Virus record (IMG/VR): IMGVR_UViG_3300025654_000042
Span: 1 to 27,048 of that record
Strand: one strand, 5' to 3'
DNA: 27,048 bases
DNA from: a virus
Lineage: Duplodnaviria > Caudoviricetes
A program made the position numbers and the translations under genes. Below, piece by piece: positions 1 to 10,700 of the stretch; position 1 is the stretch's first letter; every line of letters begins with the position of its first letter. Below the pieces are notes generated by a model. That model was not told the DNA's origin, searched no databases, and saw nothing but the letters and a program-made list of their open reading frames with translations.

Positions 1-3000
1 AGATCTGCTTTCAACTTTGTCGTCGATTGCGTTGATAGCCGCTATTGCTTCTTCGTTTAATTTCTTTTCAGCCGCTCTCTGAGCTCTATTGGCTTCTCTT
101 ACCTTAGCGATCTTAGGCTCAAGCTCTTTTTTTACCTCCTTATCTAAAGAGTACTTTCTTTTGCTTTTGTCTGCTTTAGGCCGTACTATCTTTTCTTTTT
201 TTACTGGCTCAGCAGCTGGGCTTGTGGGAGTGCTTTCCGTAACAGGCGCTACTCCAGCATCTAAAGCAGCCTCTGCTAAATCGTATTCTTTTTGAGCATC
301 TTCTACAGCCTTCTTTAACGAAGGATCATACTGATCTAGGTTGTACAAATCTTCGGCATCGTCTAAAGCCTCTTCCGCTTTGTCAAACCTTTCTTGTAAT
401 CTTGACGATGATTTATTTGTTTTGGTAGCCTTTGTTCCTTCGTCTTTTATAAGTTTACCTTTTATTCCAGCTGCTCCTTTTTGAATCTTCTTACTAGCTT
501 TACCCTTCTTTATTGATCGGTTGTACTCTTTTACAAAATCAAATACGCTTTTACCATCATCTAAAGTAATATCTTTGTTTACGCTTAAAAGTCTTTTAAC
601 TCCGTCTATTAATTTGCCGATGTTCCCCTGATTGGATTTTACTTTCCCGTCAAGCATAGCTTCACTAAGCATAGTGATTAGCTCCTCGTTATAGTTGTTT
701 GAGTTTTCTCCAAAATCTCTGGCAGCTTGTGCTCTTCTAGCCTCAAACTCGCCGTTAGAATCCATTCCTAAACTTTTGTAATACTCGTTTAAAGATTTAC
801 CAACTGCAGCAGTGTTTCCGGCGTCGTTCTTTAATGTATTTTTTAAATACCTATGTAATAGCTCGTGAGCTGCCGTATTTATCCTACCATCTTTTATGGC
901 CGCTGCCTTGTTCACCAGTATAACATCACTGCCGTCTTTCATGCCGATTATAACTCCGTACGCGGTCTTATCTATATCGGTATCCTCAGCCCCGTCAACT
1001 TTAAGTTGTTCTATACGGTCGTCAATTTCTTGTTGAGTATCGTAGGCCTCCAACTCAGAACCAAGATCTAAAGCTTTGTTTATTTTTTTAGCTGTTTCAA
1101 CATCCTTAGTAGCTGCTTCTTCCACAAACTTAGCGGCTTTACCGGTTTTGTTAGCAGCCTTTATTTTTTCGTCTAGTATTTTTATTGCGGCATCGTTATC
1201 TCCTCTAAAAGCGGGATCTAGATTTTTGTTCTTTTCTATTAAATCTTGCTTCTCAATCAACAATTGTAGTTCTGCGCCAGATACATTAGCAGGAGAATTT
1301 TTTAATGCGGTAGTCATTTTATTAGCAAAACTTATAGCCTCGTCTATTTTAGCTATATCCTCTGCTTTTATTCCACTCCCAGGCTTTTTTTGCTCTTTTA
1401 GCATAGCCCTTTTTTGTTCATGCAAAGTACCTAAGGCAATATTCATTTGCCACTCAGCTACGTTTGTAAAATTGTCATAAGTGTTGATCGCTGTCTTGGT
1501 AGCCCCTACTCCACTTAAAGGGCCACTTATTAACATGGTACTTAAGAGTATCTTTTTATTTTCAACCCACCATTGATCTCCTAAAAATTCACTGTTAGCG
1601 ATAGCAAATGCACCGTTTAGCGCTCTTTCCCCAATGCTTTCAGTTAATTCCTCCAGGTACTCCATGCTTACGCCTCCTAGTAGCTTTGCTCCACCCCCAA
1701 ATACCGCTTTTTTTATAGCTGCGTTTTGAAGATTTCCAGGCAACTTACTTATAGATGTAAGTATTGATTTGCTAGGTGTTATCATTTTGATGTCTGGGTA
1801 AATCATTTGGATAGCCGCAGTCATTAAAGACTGTTGCGCAGAATATATTGTAGCCGTGTTTTTATCCATTCCAGCATCCAAAGCATTAGCGTAGTTGCTC
1901 ATAGTAACAGCTTCTACTGTTGCTTTTGCCGTAATAAACTCTATGTTATCTTTTGATAATATTTTTTTAAATTTATTAGTCTTGCTGGTTACATCGCCTA
2001 TTGCCTTGTAGTAATTATCTACCTGACCCTGCTTTGCTTTTCTCATTAGCTGCAAAGTAAATCCAACTCCATCTCCAGCTAAAGCAAATATTTCCGAGCC
2101 ATCTTGTTCCCAAAAACTTTTACCATTTTCAAATACGGTACTGGCTTCAACGCCTAGCTGGTCGTAAGACATGTTGTTTTTTACAGTATCAAAAAACGCA
2201 TCGTATACATTGTACTTCTCAGTATCTCCTTCTATTAGCCCTTGGCCAAAAGATCCCATTTTTGCCATTGCAACAGTAGGCAATCCAATTTCGCCCTCCA
2301 CCGCTAACTGAAAAGTGCTTTGTAAAAAAGAATTTAATCCTTTAGCAAACCCACCTAGCTCAGCGCTACTTTCCTTTTTGTAGTCCTCTATTATATCGCT
2401 TTTCTTAAAAGCATTGCCTATTGTATTGGCAGCTAAATCTATTTTATACGCTCCAGCTAATGTAGTTTGGTCTGTTTTTAGCTTTTCAAATTGTGTCTCA
2501 GCCTCTGTTTGCCTTCTATCAAATCCAGCTATTATGCTGTTTATCTGTTTACCTAATATATTTATCTGATCAATTTCAGATTGATCTAGCTCTCTGTTTG
2601 ACTTTGTGCCCTTTATTTTTTTTATTTGTGCGTTTAGCTTGGCTATTTGCTGAGTAGCGTCGTTTGAATCCTTAACAAGGTTTTCATTTAGGTTAGTTGC
2701 TTGATATGCGTTATCTTTAGACGCTTTTTTGTATGCGTTTACGCGAGCTTCTTTTAATAGATTTTCTTTTACCTCTAACGTTGCTGTGTTGTAATTTAGC
2801 CTACCTTTTAGTACTTTATCTTCAGATATAATTTTAGCCACTTCGCTATAAACGGCTTGATCGTATTTTAAAACTTGGTCTGGCTGAGTATCTTTAGAAA
2901 AACCAAAGGACTCATTTACCATTCTAGAAGCCATAGCCAGCATAGGAACATCTTTTAAAATGCCCTTTTCAGTTGCTACACTATAGCTGTTTGTATCCTC

Positions 3001-3708
3001 TACTACTTTTTTCATAGCAGTGTACACTTCTTTTTGCTCCGGGCTAAGGCCTGCTTCCGCTACCTCTTTGTCACTACCGGCGGGCATCTGCTCGATTGCA
3101 AACATACGTTCCGTTTCAGACTCCTGCAGCCTTGCTTGTAGTTGGGCTTCTCTTTTAGCTAACTCTTTATAATCCGGGCTTGCTGAAAAAGTATTACTTA
3201 AAGTGTTTTGCACTTCCCTTAGCTCTTCCTCTATTCCGTTCCTTTCTATAGGATCAGATACCCACGGATCAAAGGTTGTGCCAGCGTCCTTTTCTTCTTC
3301 AGGAATAGCTTCGTTAAGAGCTTTGTACTCTTTTTCTGTAACTTCTTTGCCATTAAATGTAAACGGCACTTCTCCTCCTAAATCAATTTCTTGATCATCA
3401 ATTGGTGGAAATCCTTGAAATTCCGAAGAACCATCTTCCCGCGGTAATTCCGTACCGTCTTGTGCTACAGTTTCCGACGCTGCATCCGCACGCTCTACAG
3501 GGCCTTGTGTAAAATCTTCTTTCGGAGTATTAGCTTCAATACTTTTTAGTATAGGATCTTCTTCTTTTTCTTTTTCTTTTTTTTCTTCGTAATCAAGACT
3601 CACTCTTTCTATACTATATCCTTTAGCTTCAGCATTGCTAAGCCCTGCTTCTCTTTCTTCAGGAGAGTTAAAAACAACTAGTTCTTTGTTTATAAGGTAT
3701 TTAAACAT
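1..3708 (-). CDS. Giant internal virion/ejection protein with zincin-like metallopeptidase domain (3'-truncated by window edge, >1236 aa)
   Basis: ATG at 3708 (MFKYLINKELVVFNSPEEREAG...) follows an A-rich leader. The frame was open in every segment I translated, down to base 1 (...AINAIDDKVESRS). Its absence from the ORF track fits an ORF with no stop in the window. It contains Gly/Ala-rich amphipathic segments (~1500-2340, e.g. LGGVSMEYLEELTESIG, ILLSTMLISGPLSGVGA) and DVILVNK...NTAAHELLH (853-867) followed by YNEELITMLSE (EE at 682-687). It is the last and largest gene after the tail genes. Confidence 0.8.
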   Translation of the reverse strand, partial: MFKYLINKELVVFNSPEEREAGLSNAEAKGYSIERVSLDYEEKKEKEKEEDPILKSIEANTPKEDFTQGPVERADAASETVAQDGTELPREDGSSEFQGFPPIDDQEIDLGGEVPFTFNGKEVTEKEYKALNEAIPEEEKDAGTTFDPWVSDPIERNGIEEELREVQNTLSNTFSASPDYKELAKREAQLQARLQESETERMFAIEQMPAGSDKEVAEAGLSPEQKEVYTAMKKVVEDTNSYSVATEKGILKDVPMLAMASRMVNESFGFSKDTQPDQVLKYDQAVYSEVAKIISEDKVLKGRLNYNTATLEVKENLLKEARVNAYKKASKDNAYQATNLNENLVKDSNDATQQIAKLNAQIKKIKGTKSNRELDQSEIDQINILGKQINSIIAGFDRRQTEAETQFEKLKTDQTTLAGAYKIDLAANTIGNAFKKSDIIEDYKKESSAELGGFAKGLNSFLQSTFQLAVEGEIGLPTVAMAKMGSFGQGLIEGDTEKYNVYDAFFDTVKNNMSYDQLGVEASTVFENGKSFWEQDGSEIFALAGDGVGFTLQLMRKAKQGQVDNYYKAIGDVTSKTNKFKKILSKDNIEFITAKATVEAVTMSNYANALDAGMDKNTATIYSAQQSLMTAAIQMIYPDIKMITPSKSILTSISKLPGNLQNAAIKKAVFGGGAKLLGGVSMEYLEELTESIGERALNGAFAIANSEFLGDQWWVENKKILLSTMLISGPLSGVGATKTAINTYDNFTNVAEWQMNIALGTLHEQKRAMLKEQKKPGSGIKAEDIAKIDEAISFANKMTTALKNSPANVSGAELQLLIEKQDLIEKNKNLDPAFRGDNDAAIKILDEKIKAANKTGKAAKFVEEAATKDVETAKKINKALDLGSELEAYDTQQEIDDRIEQLKVDGAEDTDIDKTAYGVIIGMKDGSDVILVNKAAAIKDGRINTAAHELLHRYLKNTLKNDAGNTAAVGKSLNEYYKSLGMDSNGEFEARRAQAARDFGENSNNYNEELITMLSEAMLDGKVKSNQGNIGKLIDGVKRLLSVNKDITLDDGKSVFDFVKEYNRSIKKGKASKKIQKGAAGIKGKLIKDEGTKATKTNKSSSRLQERFDKAEEALDDAEDLYNLDQYDPSLKKAVEDAQKEYDLAEAALDAGVAPVTESTPTSPAAEPVKKEKIVRPKADKSKRKYSLDKEVKKELEPKIAKVREANRAQRAAEKKLNEEAIAAINAIDDKVESRS

Positions 3709-3726
3709 ATTGTATTTTTTTAAATT

Positions 3727-5313
3727 TTATTCTTTTGTTGTTATATCAAGTAAGCCTTGTACTAAAACGTCTAATTTTTTTCCACTCAAGCCTGTTTTAT
3801 TTCTAATAAAATTCTCTGCTTCCTCGGGTTTTTTAAGATCATAGCCTTTATATTTTGGGTTATCGCCACCGGTTAACTCTTTTCCAAATTGCACAATGTA
3901 ATCGTTAGTTAATCTTAAATTTCCTACGTACTTGGAACTAGTCCCTTTAGCAATTTGAGCACCTTCACCTAATGCAGCTAGCTTAATTATTCCCGCTATT
4001 TTCTCCTGTTTAGTTTCAAGCGCTTTTATACTAGAAAGCCCAGTAGCATATTTGTTATACGTTTCGCTTAGTTTTACTTCTTTTTTAGAGTCTGTAGAAC
4101 TAACTTTTCTGCCTTGTATTGTTCTATAGTATTCATCTCCGTCTTTTTTAAGGTTTGCTATAGATAGGAATTGGGCCTCAGCTGAATCCACTACATACTG
4201 TTTTTTTGCGGCTTTTATATCAGCTTCCGTTGCATTAGGATTTTTTTTCTTGTATTCAGCCCCCCCTATGTTATTATACGCAACTTTATCAAATCCACCT
4301 CTTTCTAAGTCCTTCATCCAAACATTTTTCTTATAAGCTTGTGGGCCAAAAGATTCTATTTTTTCAAAAACGCTATCTAATACTTCGGTTTTTAAATTGT
4401 TTACCGCTTCTTTATTAAATGGCTGCCTGTAAGTGTAGTATCCGCTGGTATTTATACCCATAGGGACAGGCTCTAATTTAGTTCCAGGGGTAACTGTTTC
4501 CGTACCTATTCCTGTAGGAGTGGTAGATATCATTCTAGGATCTAAAACGTTCTTGCCCGCAGCATCGGGTATTTGCATGCCTTTGGCTATAGCTCCCTGC
4601 ATGTCTGTAGTGGTATTATCTTTTCTGTGATAGTAAAGATTACCTGAGATAGAATTCCAAGTATCTATGCTTATGTAGGCATCGTCCCCTCCTGGCCTTG
4701 TTATTTTAACGCCTTTGTCGCTAAACCCAATATGGTAACCCTTTAAACCGCCAATCGCATAAACAGCATCCTCTGCCAGCTCCCCGTTGTCTGCTACACC
4801 TTCAATAGTTATAGGTATAAAAGCCGTGTCTCTATCCCTTTGCTCCTCTGTCATGTCTATAACAGCCCCGGCATCTGCTCTAGCACCTATGATTCCTGAT
4901 GCAAACTCGTTAACACGGGCTATATTTTTTTGATTATCTTCGAGCCTTTTTAAATAATCCGGTCCGTAAGCACCGTTTATTCTTTCAAGCTCTAGGTTTT
5001 TAGCTACATCCATATATCCGTTCATTTGCTGAACAGTAAAATCATTAAGCCCTTCTAAATCACCATCGAGCTTTTTAGCCCACGCAGCTTGATCCGCATA
5101 AGAGTCTTTTATTGCTTTCGATGTTTGAAAAATACGCCTATCTTCTTTAGCCTGTTTTTTTTCTGCTTCAAGCTTGGCTTTAGCCTCTTCTTTTTCTTTT
5201 CTAGCCTGACCTGCAATTATACCTTTAGATATATTCTGCGCTCCCGCAGCTATTGCTTGTCCTAGCACTAGTCCAGATTTATCGTCAATTATTTTTGGTT
5301 GTCTATAGCTCAT
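3727..5313 (-). CDS. Probable internal virion/ejection protein (528 aa)
   Basis: Long ORF with an N-terminal Gly/Ala amphipathic helix (GLVLGQAIAAGAQNISKGIIAG) followed by a charged coiled coil. It lies between the small and giant candidate ejection genes. Function is inferred from position. Confidence 0.55.
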   Translation of the reverse strand: MSYRQPKIIDDKSGLVLGQAIAAGAQNISKGIIAGQARKEKEEAKAKLEAEKKQAKEDRRIFQTSKAIKDSYADQAAWAKKLDGDLEGLNDFTVQQMNGYMDVAKNLELERINGAYGPDYLKRLEDNQKNIARVNEFASGIIGARADAGAVIDMTEEQRDRDTAFIPITIEGVADNGELAEDAVYAIGGLKGYHIGFSDKGVKITRPGGDDAYISIDTWNSISGNLYYHRKDNTTTDMQGAIAKGMQIPDAAGKNVLDPRMISTTPTGIGTETVTPGTKLEPVPMGINTSGYYTYRQPFNKEAVNNLKTEVLDSVFEKIESFGPQAYKKNVWMKDLERGGFDKVAYNNIGGAEYKKKNPNATEADIKAAKKQYVVDSAEAQFLSIANLKKDGDEYYRTIQGRKVSSTDSKKEVKLSETYNKYATGLSSIKALETKQEKIAGIIKLAALGEGAQIAKGTSSKYVGNLRLTNDYIVQFGKELTGGDNPKYKGYDLKKPEEAENFIRNKTGLSGKKLDVLVQGLLDITTKE

Positions 5314-5316
5314 GTT

Positions 5317-6123
5317 TTAAAATTCAAATTTAAACTTAGAATAGCCTTCAGTAGTTGGAGTAGGCGGTATTGTAAAATTCCCGAGGCTAGTTGGCGCGCC
5401 GGGATCGAATGCCCCAGAAGATAACCCCGCTCCTATAACACTAGTAACACCGCTTATCATGCCAGCCATTGATTGCGCCCCCGCCATATTCGCATTTGCT
5501 GCATTTTGGTTGGCTTGGTCGATACCTCCTTGCATTCTATCTAATGTAGCCATATCTCTTTGCTCTTGCGCGCCAAACATAAATTGCTTTCCTGCCGCTT
5601 CAGCATTTTGTATTCTGGCTTCTTCACTCATTTCCATTTGCGTAAGCTGCATTTCTTTAGCTTGTAAAGCTTGTTCTCCTTGAGCTCTTAACTTTTCGTT
5701 AGCGGCTTCTTGTTGCTCTATGTTAGCCGCAACTTCTTTCTTGCTTTGCTTAGCTGCCTGAGCTAGCGCTGTGGCACCTCCCGCGCTCGCACCTGTTGCT
5801 TGTAACACATCTAGTGTATTTGCTAAGGCAATATCTGTTTGCTCCATCTGGATCTCCGCAGCGCTTGTGGCAACACCTAGGTTAGCAAAAGGGTTGCTAA
5901 GATCGGCTCTCATTTCGTCTACTAAACCAGATAAAGATGTTACTCCAGAATAAGGGTTTATAACCGCTTGTCTGTTTTGCTCAAACAAAGCCATTTGACG
6001 TGAAATTCTATCTCTTTCTGCTTGGGCTGCTCGGGCTTGTTTTTTTGCTGAGCTACTGCCCATAATTCCCCCGGCTATGCTTCCTATTGCGCCTATTGCG
6101 GCGGCTGCTAATGGTAATGGCAT
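5317..6123 (-). CDS. Probable small ejection (DNA-pilot-like) protein (268 aa)
   Basis: Hydrophobic Gly/Ala N-terminus (MPLPLAAAAIGAIGSIAGGIMG), long Ala/Gln-rich coiled coil and a second hydrophobic segment near the C-terminus (GMISGVTSVIGAGLSSG). This architecture is typical of T7 gp14/P22 gp7-like proteins. It sits directly after the nozzle genes. Confidence 0.65.
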   Translation of the reverse strand: MPLPLAAAAIGAIGSIAGGIMGSSSAKKQARAAQAERDRISRQMALFEQNRQAVINPYSGVTSLSGLVDEMRADLSNPFANLGVATSAAEIQMEQTDIALANTLDVLQATGASAGGATALAQAAKQSKKEVAANIEQQEAANEKLRAQGEQALQAKEMQLTQMEMSEEARIQNAEAAGKQFMFGAQEQRDMATLDRMQGGIDQANQNAANANMAGAQSMAGMISGVTSVIGAGLSSGAFDPGAPTSLGNFTIPPTPTTEGYSKFKFEF

Positions 6124-6135
6124 ATCTTTATTTTA

Positions 6136-7722
6136 TTATGATGATTGTACAAATCCTGTGCTTACGGCAAACAATTCTTTTTTACCGACGTTGCTATTAT
6201 TTATTGACATTGTTACTTCTCCGAAGAATCCTTTTACACCTGATGATGAGCTACCCCATACAACCTCACCGTTTTGAGAGGGTGTACCATTAACTAGATC
6301 GGCGTAGTATTTATCTTCCTTTAACTTAAACCTGTTTATTAATAACGAGTTTTGCATTTGTTCCAATGTAGTAACAAAAACTGAACTTGTTATAGGTAGC
6401 GTTGTGTCTGTGTTTGTTTTAAAACTATCCATTTTCCATCCGCTGTCTCCCTCATAATTTATTGTTTGGAAGTTTTTAACCATAGATGGTGCTCCATTAA
6501 ATACGAAAGTTACATTGGAGTTGTTTTGGTCTCCGTAAAACACTCCTCTGGCCTTCGTATTCGGCGCTAATGTGTAGTGTCTGTATATTTTTCCTGTGTA
6601 AGCGGTAAAGTACTCATTGTTAAGACTAATAATTTGATTAGGTGCGTAGTCAAAAAAGCTAGTCCACCCTTTAGATATTTCGTCAAATGCTAGTGTTTCG
6701 TATTTTTTCGGCTCTCCTAGTATGCTGGGTTGAGGTATCGACAATGTGTACTGTTTATTGTGAGCATCCCACCCACCTATTATATTATCCGTTGCTGTAG
6801 ATAGCTTATCTCTAAAAAAGTCGGTCATACCGTAAGCAGATATAACAGTAATGCCGTCCATAGACAACCTGCAAACAACATTTTGATCTCTGTCTGTAAA
6901 GTATTTTCTATATCCGTTTACAGCAAATGATTCTGGATCTGTGCTTATTCCGTATTCTCCAGCATAAGCTACATTCTGCCCTATAACTAAAGGCCTACTA
7001 GTAATACTTGCATTACCTTCCGCAGAGTATATTGCGTCTTTGTCAATTAAAGATTTACTTACTTTATTTTCTTGGAAAATAATTAGGTTAGTGTCTTCGG
7101 CATATAACCTTTGTATTGAGCCATTAGCTGGATCAATTGTTCTTGTTATGTCCTCTCCAACCGAAAATTGATTTGTTTGGTTAATACCTGTTCTTGAATT
7201 GAATACGCCTGAATGTATAAGCGAACTAAACTTGTGTGATTGATTAGGTTCGTCTTCTACTAAATAAGCCTTAACCCCATAATCAACCGATGTATTATTA
7301 TACCCTCCTCTAATTCTAGATTCTTCTATAAGCCAGTCATTGTTATTGTCTCCGGTGTACGCTTGAGGTATACTATCAAAGTTTATTATTTTACCTAGCA
7401 CTACATTTTGGGGCAAAGAAGGGCCTAGAGGTGACGGCGGATCGCTAGCTAATACAAATTCCGTGCCTAAAGCATTTCTGGAAACTATATGGCTTTTGTA
7501 TATCACAGGATTACCGCCAATATTCCATATAATTGTAGTTTCTTGTCCTACATTCATTACATCTGCTGTCTGTGCCGCTACCGTTATAGTTCTTGTAGCT
7601 GGATCAAAAGCTGTAACACTAGGGGAAACTCCGCTAACAAGAGTAGGCTCAACGTCTGCAATGCTTTTAATCTTTTTTAACCAAAAAGTATTAAAGTATT
7701 TTAATTCTATAACTTTTGCCAT
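6136..7722 (-). CDS. Tail stabilization/nozzle (muzzle) protein, C-terminal part (528 aa)
   Basis: Beta-propeller-like motifs typical of the C-terminal half of P22 gp10-like/crAss-like stabilization proteins (GEYGISTDPESFA, YFTDRDQNVVCRLSMDGITVIS, IIGGWDAHNKQY, TLAFDEISKGWTSFFDY, KNFQTINYEG), ending KKELFAVSTGFVQSS. Confidence 0.75.
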   Translation of the reverse strand: MAKVIELKYFNTFWLKKIKSIADVEPTLVSGVSPSVTAFDPATRTITVAAQTADVMNVGQETTIIWNIGGNPVIYKSHIVSRNALGTEFVLASDPPSPLGPSLPQNVVLGKIINFDSIPQAYTGDNNNDWLIEESRIRGGYNNTSVDYGVKAYLVEDEPNQSHKFSSLIHSGVFNSRTGINQTNQFSVGEDITRTIDPANGSIQRLYAEDTNLIIFQENKVSKSLIDKDAIYSAEGNASITSRPLVIGQNVAYAGEYGISTDPESFAVNGYRKYFTDRDQNVVCRLSMDGITVISAYGMTDFFRDKLSTATDNIIGGWDAHNKQYTLSIPQPSILGEPKKYETLAFDEISKGWTSFFDYAPNQIISLNNEYFTAYTGKIYRHYTLAPNTKARGVFYGDQNNSNVTFVFNGAPSMVKNFQTINYEGDSGWKMDSFKTNTDTTLPITSSVFVTTLEQMQNSLLINRFKLKEDKYYADLVNGTPSQNGEVVWGSSSSGVKGFFGEVTMSINNSNVGKKELFAVSTGFVQSS

Positions 7723-7727
7723 CTATA

Positions 7728-10700
7728 TTAGTTTTTATGTACTCTTAAAGTACCTAGCGTTCTGTTAAATACCGTGTTTGACGTAGTCTGTCTAGCGCTA
7801 ACGCCTGTAACACCTGCATTTATTAATTTTTTGCCATTGTTCGTACCATATCCAACAACCCATTGTACTTCTACGTCAGTAGCGGGCGATGGTCCGGGTG
7901 GAGCAAGGGGGTATGCTGGTAATGGCGGATCATTGAATGTAGTCCAAGAAGTTAAGGTGGAACCAATTGCTCTTACTAAAGTTGTATTTATATACGGCAA
8001 TGAAGGAATGTAAGGAGTAAAATTAGTTGCGTCTGTATAAAACTCATTAACGTAATCACCATAGGGGCTTCTGGCATAAATAAATCCAGCTCCTGCTGCG
8101 TTGTAGGCTGTTGAATTATTACTTTCAGTAGATCTTCTGTATTGAAACAAATCTCCTACAGCTCCATTTTCGGTTACAGCATTTTTACCTTGCCATGGCA
8201 CACAAGTAGGATATTCTAAATCGTCAGCTGCTGCCCAAAATCTAACTATTCCATTTGCCTTTGTGTTTGGTATTAATTGCTGAATGGTATCTACAAGTAT
8301 TGCGTATTCTATTCCGGCAGAGCCCGCCACAACAGACCCTGTTATATTAAAGTCTTCATAATTAAAAGCTCTTATTGTTTGCAACCACACGTCATCAGGT
8401 CCGTAGTCTAAAACCAAATTATTTCTTGGTGTAACTACAGTAACGCCACCTACATCAGTAATCAGATCCTGTATTACTTGAGGCCCATCAAATGTAGGGC
8501 TTGTTAAAGCTTCTGAAGATCCAACTCTATTTTGCTCAAGGTTTCTAGGTATAAGTTGCCAAGTAGTTTCTCCTAAGGCTCTATAATAAAAATTAATTTT
8601 AGGGGTGTAAAACAAGTTTATATTGTTTGTAGATCCATTCCAAGGCGAAAAAGTATTTAAACTGAAAGAAATAGTGCCTTTTCTATGGCAATCTGTGCCG
8701 ATCCTATAATTAACGGTGTTCATGTCTTCGTCAACATCGGGATTAGGAATGCCATTATCAAAAAACACGCTGTTGTCTGTATCGCTTTGCGTCAAATCTG
8801 TTGCGGACATATAGTAAACACAACTAACTTTTTGGCCATTATTAAATGGGCCCACAACGCCAGTAGCTGCATCAATAACAGTATTAGCAGGTGGGGAGGC
8901 AGGTGTAATTACACAAGAAGTACTTAATGCGCCTGGGTTAACAGCCGTAGGCTCTAATCTTATTTGAACATCCTGTTCAGCATATAACGAGGTGTATCCG
9001 TTTGCAGCATTAACTGAGTTAATGGCGTTTGCATCAGAAAGCCTAACTGTTATATTAAAAATTCCCAAAGGATTACCTGTAAACTCTGTAGCAATGCCAG
9101 CCTCTACAGGAGTTGCTTGTGTAAGTTCTCCGCTATTGGGGTCCATAACCCAGTTATCAGGAATATCAGACCCAGTAAAAGTGTATATTAGTTGTTCTCT
9201 TGCGTTGTCACCAGTTAAAGCAGTGCCGTTAACCGCGGACGCCCAATCAGATGCGGGTATTAAAACCTTGTTACTTATAGTCTTAACTTTGTCAGCTATA
9301 ACACCAAAGCTAGGCTGAAGATTTTTTAAAGCCCCTTCGCCTTCTGTTTGGCCTCCTATGGTTAAATCGCTTGTATCTCCCTCTGCGGTTGTTACACGTA
9401 TTACAAAAGTATAAACGTCTGTTATGTTGCTGCCTTGTAAAAAAACTATGCCACTGTCCTCGTATTGTAATTGAAATTTACCTTCGTTAACGCTTCCAAT
9501 AACTCCAGTGTTTAAACTAAAAGAAGAATCCGCGTCAGCTCCTAACCCATTTTTAACTGAAATCAATTCAGCAGAAGTAGGGGAAACGTAAGTTCCTCCT
9601 TGGTTATTTAATGGTTCAAACCAAGCGCTAACTGCTGTGCCGCTAGTAATTGTTTCGTCAAAAGTCCATCCAATAGCTGTAAACCCTACTGCTCCGCTAT
9701 TACTTGAAGCTAGTTCAGCGTTTAAGTCTACTATTAATCCCTCGGAACTTGTTTCCCAATACAACTCAAGAAAGGATTCAACGGGAGCTGTTTCGTATAT
9801 TGCAAGATAAGGTACCATATTGTACGGGGCTCCTGTACTGGCTGTGTTGATATTAGTCGCTCCTATGGATTTTTCTGTTGTTGATATTCTAGCTATTAAC
9901 GGGTTCGTGTCAATTTGATAGAATACTAGGTTACCATTTCTAGGCTTAGATCCGGAGTCACCGGACAGCTGAACATATTGCATATCTAAATCACCCGCGG
10001 TTGCAATAGTCGTGGCCATGTGATCAACTGCATTTTTGCCTGTGTAGCTAAGCCTTGGATAGTATTGCTGATTATAAGCCGCAGCATCCCCTATCATGGT
10101 GTTTGTTACTCTACCATATAAGGTTACAGAGCTTCTATATTGCTTCTGATCGGGCCCTACTTCAACTAAATCTCTAGGTATTTTTTGTATATTATCATTA
10201 AATAGTACGGTGTGCGCTGTCAAATTTAATTCGTCTCCAGGAAAAGGGCCATTTTCTTCGCCGTCACTACTTTGTCCAGGGTAACCATTTAGTATTCCAG
10301 GCAAATATACATTGTAATATTCTTGCTCTGTTTGCTTAACAACAATTTTATAACTGTACCAGCCTAAATCATTAAGGGTATACACGAATTTTAAATCCGG
10401 ATCTCCTGCGGGTAAGTTGTCTGTTCTTAAGTAAATATCATTTACTTGTCCGTCAGTTGTTACTTCATAGATAGATCCCGCGGTGTTAACTACGTTAGTT
10501 ACTTTAACAAAATCTTTATAAGCACCTCTCATGTAGTTTCCTCTATCTACTATAGGAATATTAGTATTGTTAGGGAATGCTGTGTCATCTAAAGTAAATG
10601 TATACGTATTGCCTAATATAGTTGGGGGCGTGCCGGTAAATCCTGCGGCTACCGCAAAGCCTTCGCCTGTAGAAGAATCCTGTTGGTTTATTGCGTATAA

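Noticed and set aside
3558-3590. Purine-rich/poly-A runs (also 24510-24530)
   Set aside because: They are explained by Lys/Glu-rich low-complexity coding (EEKKEKEKEE, KKKKKK) and the reading frames remain intact.
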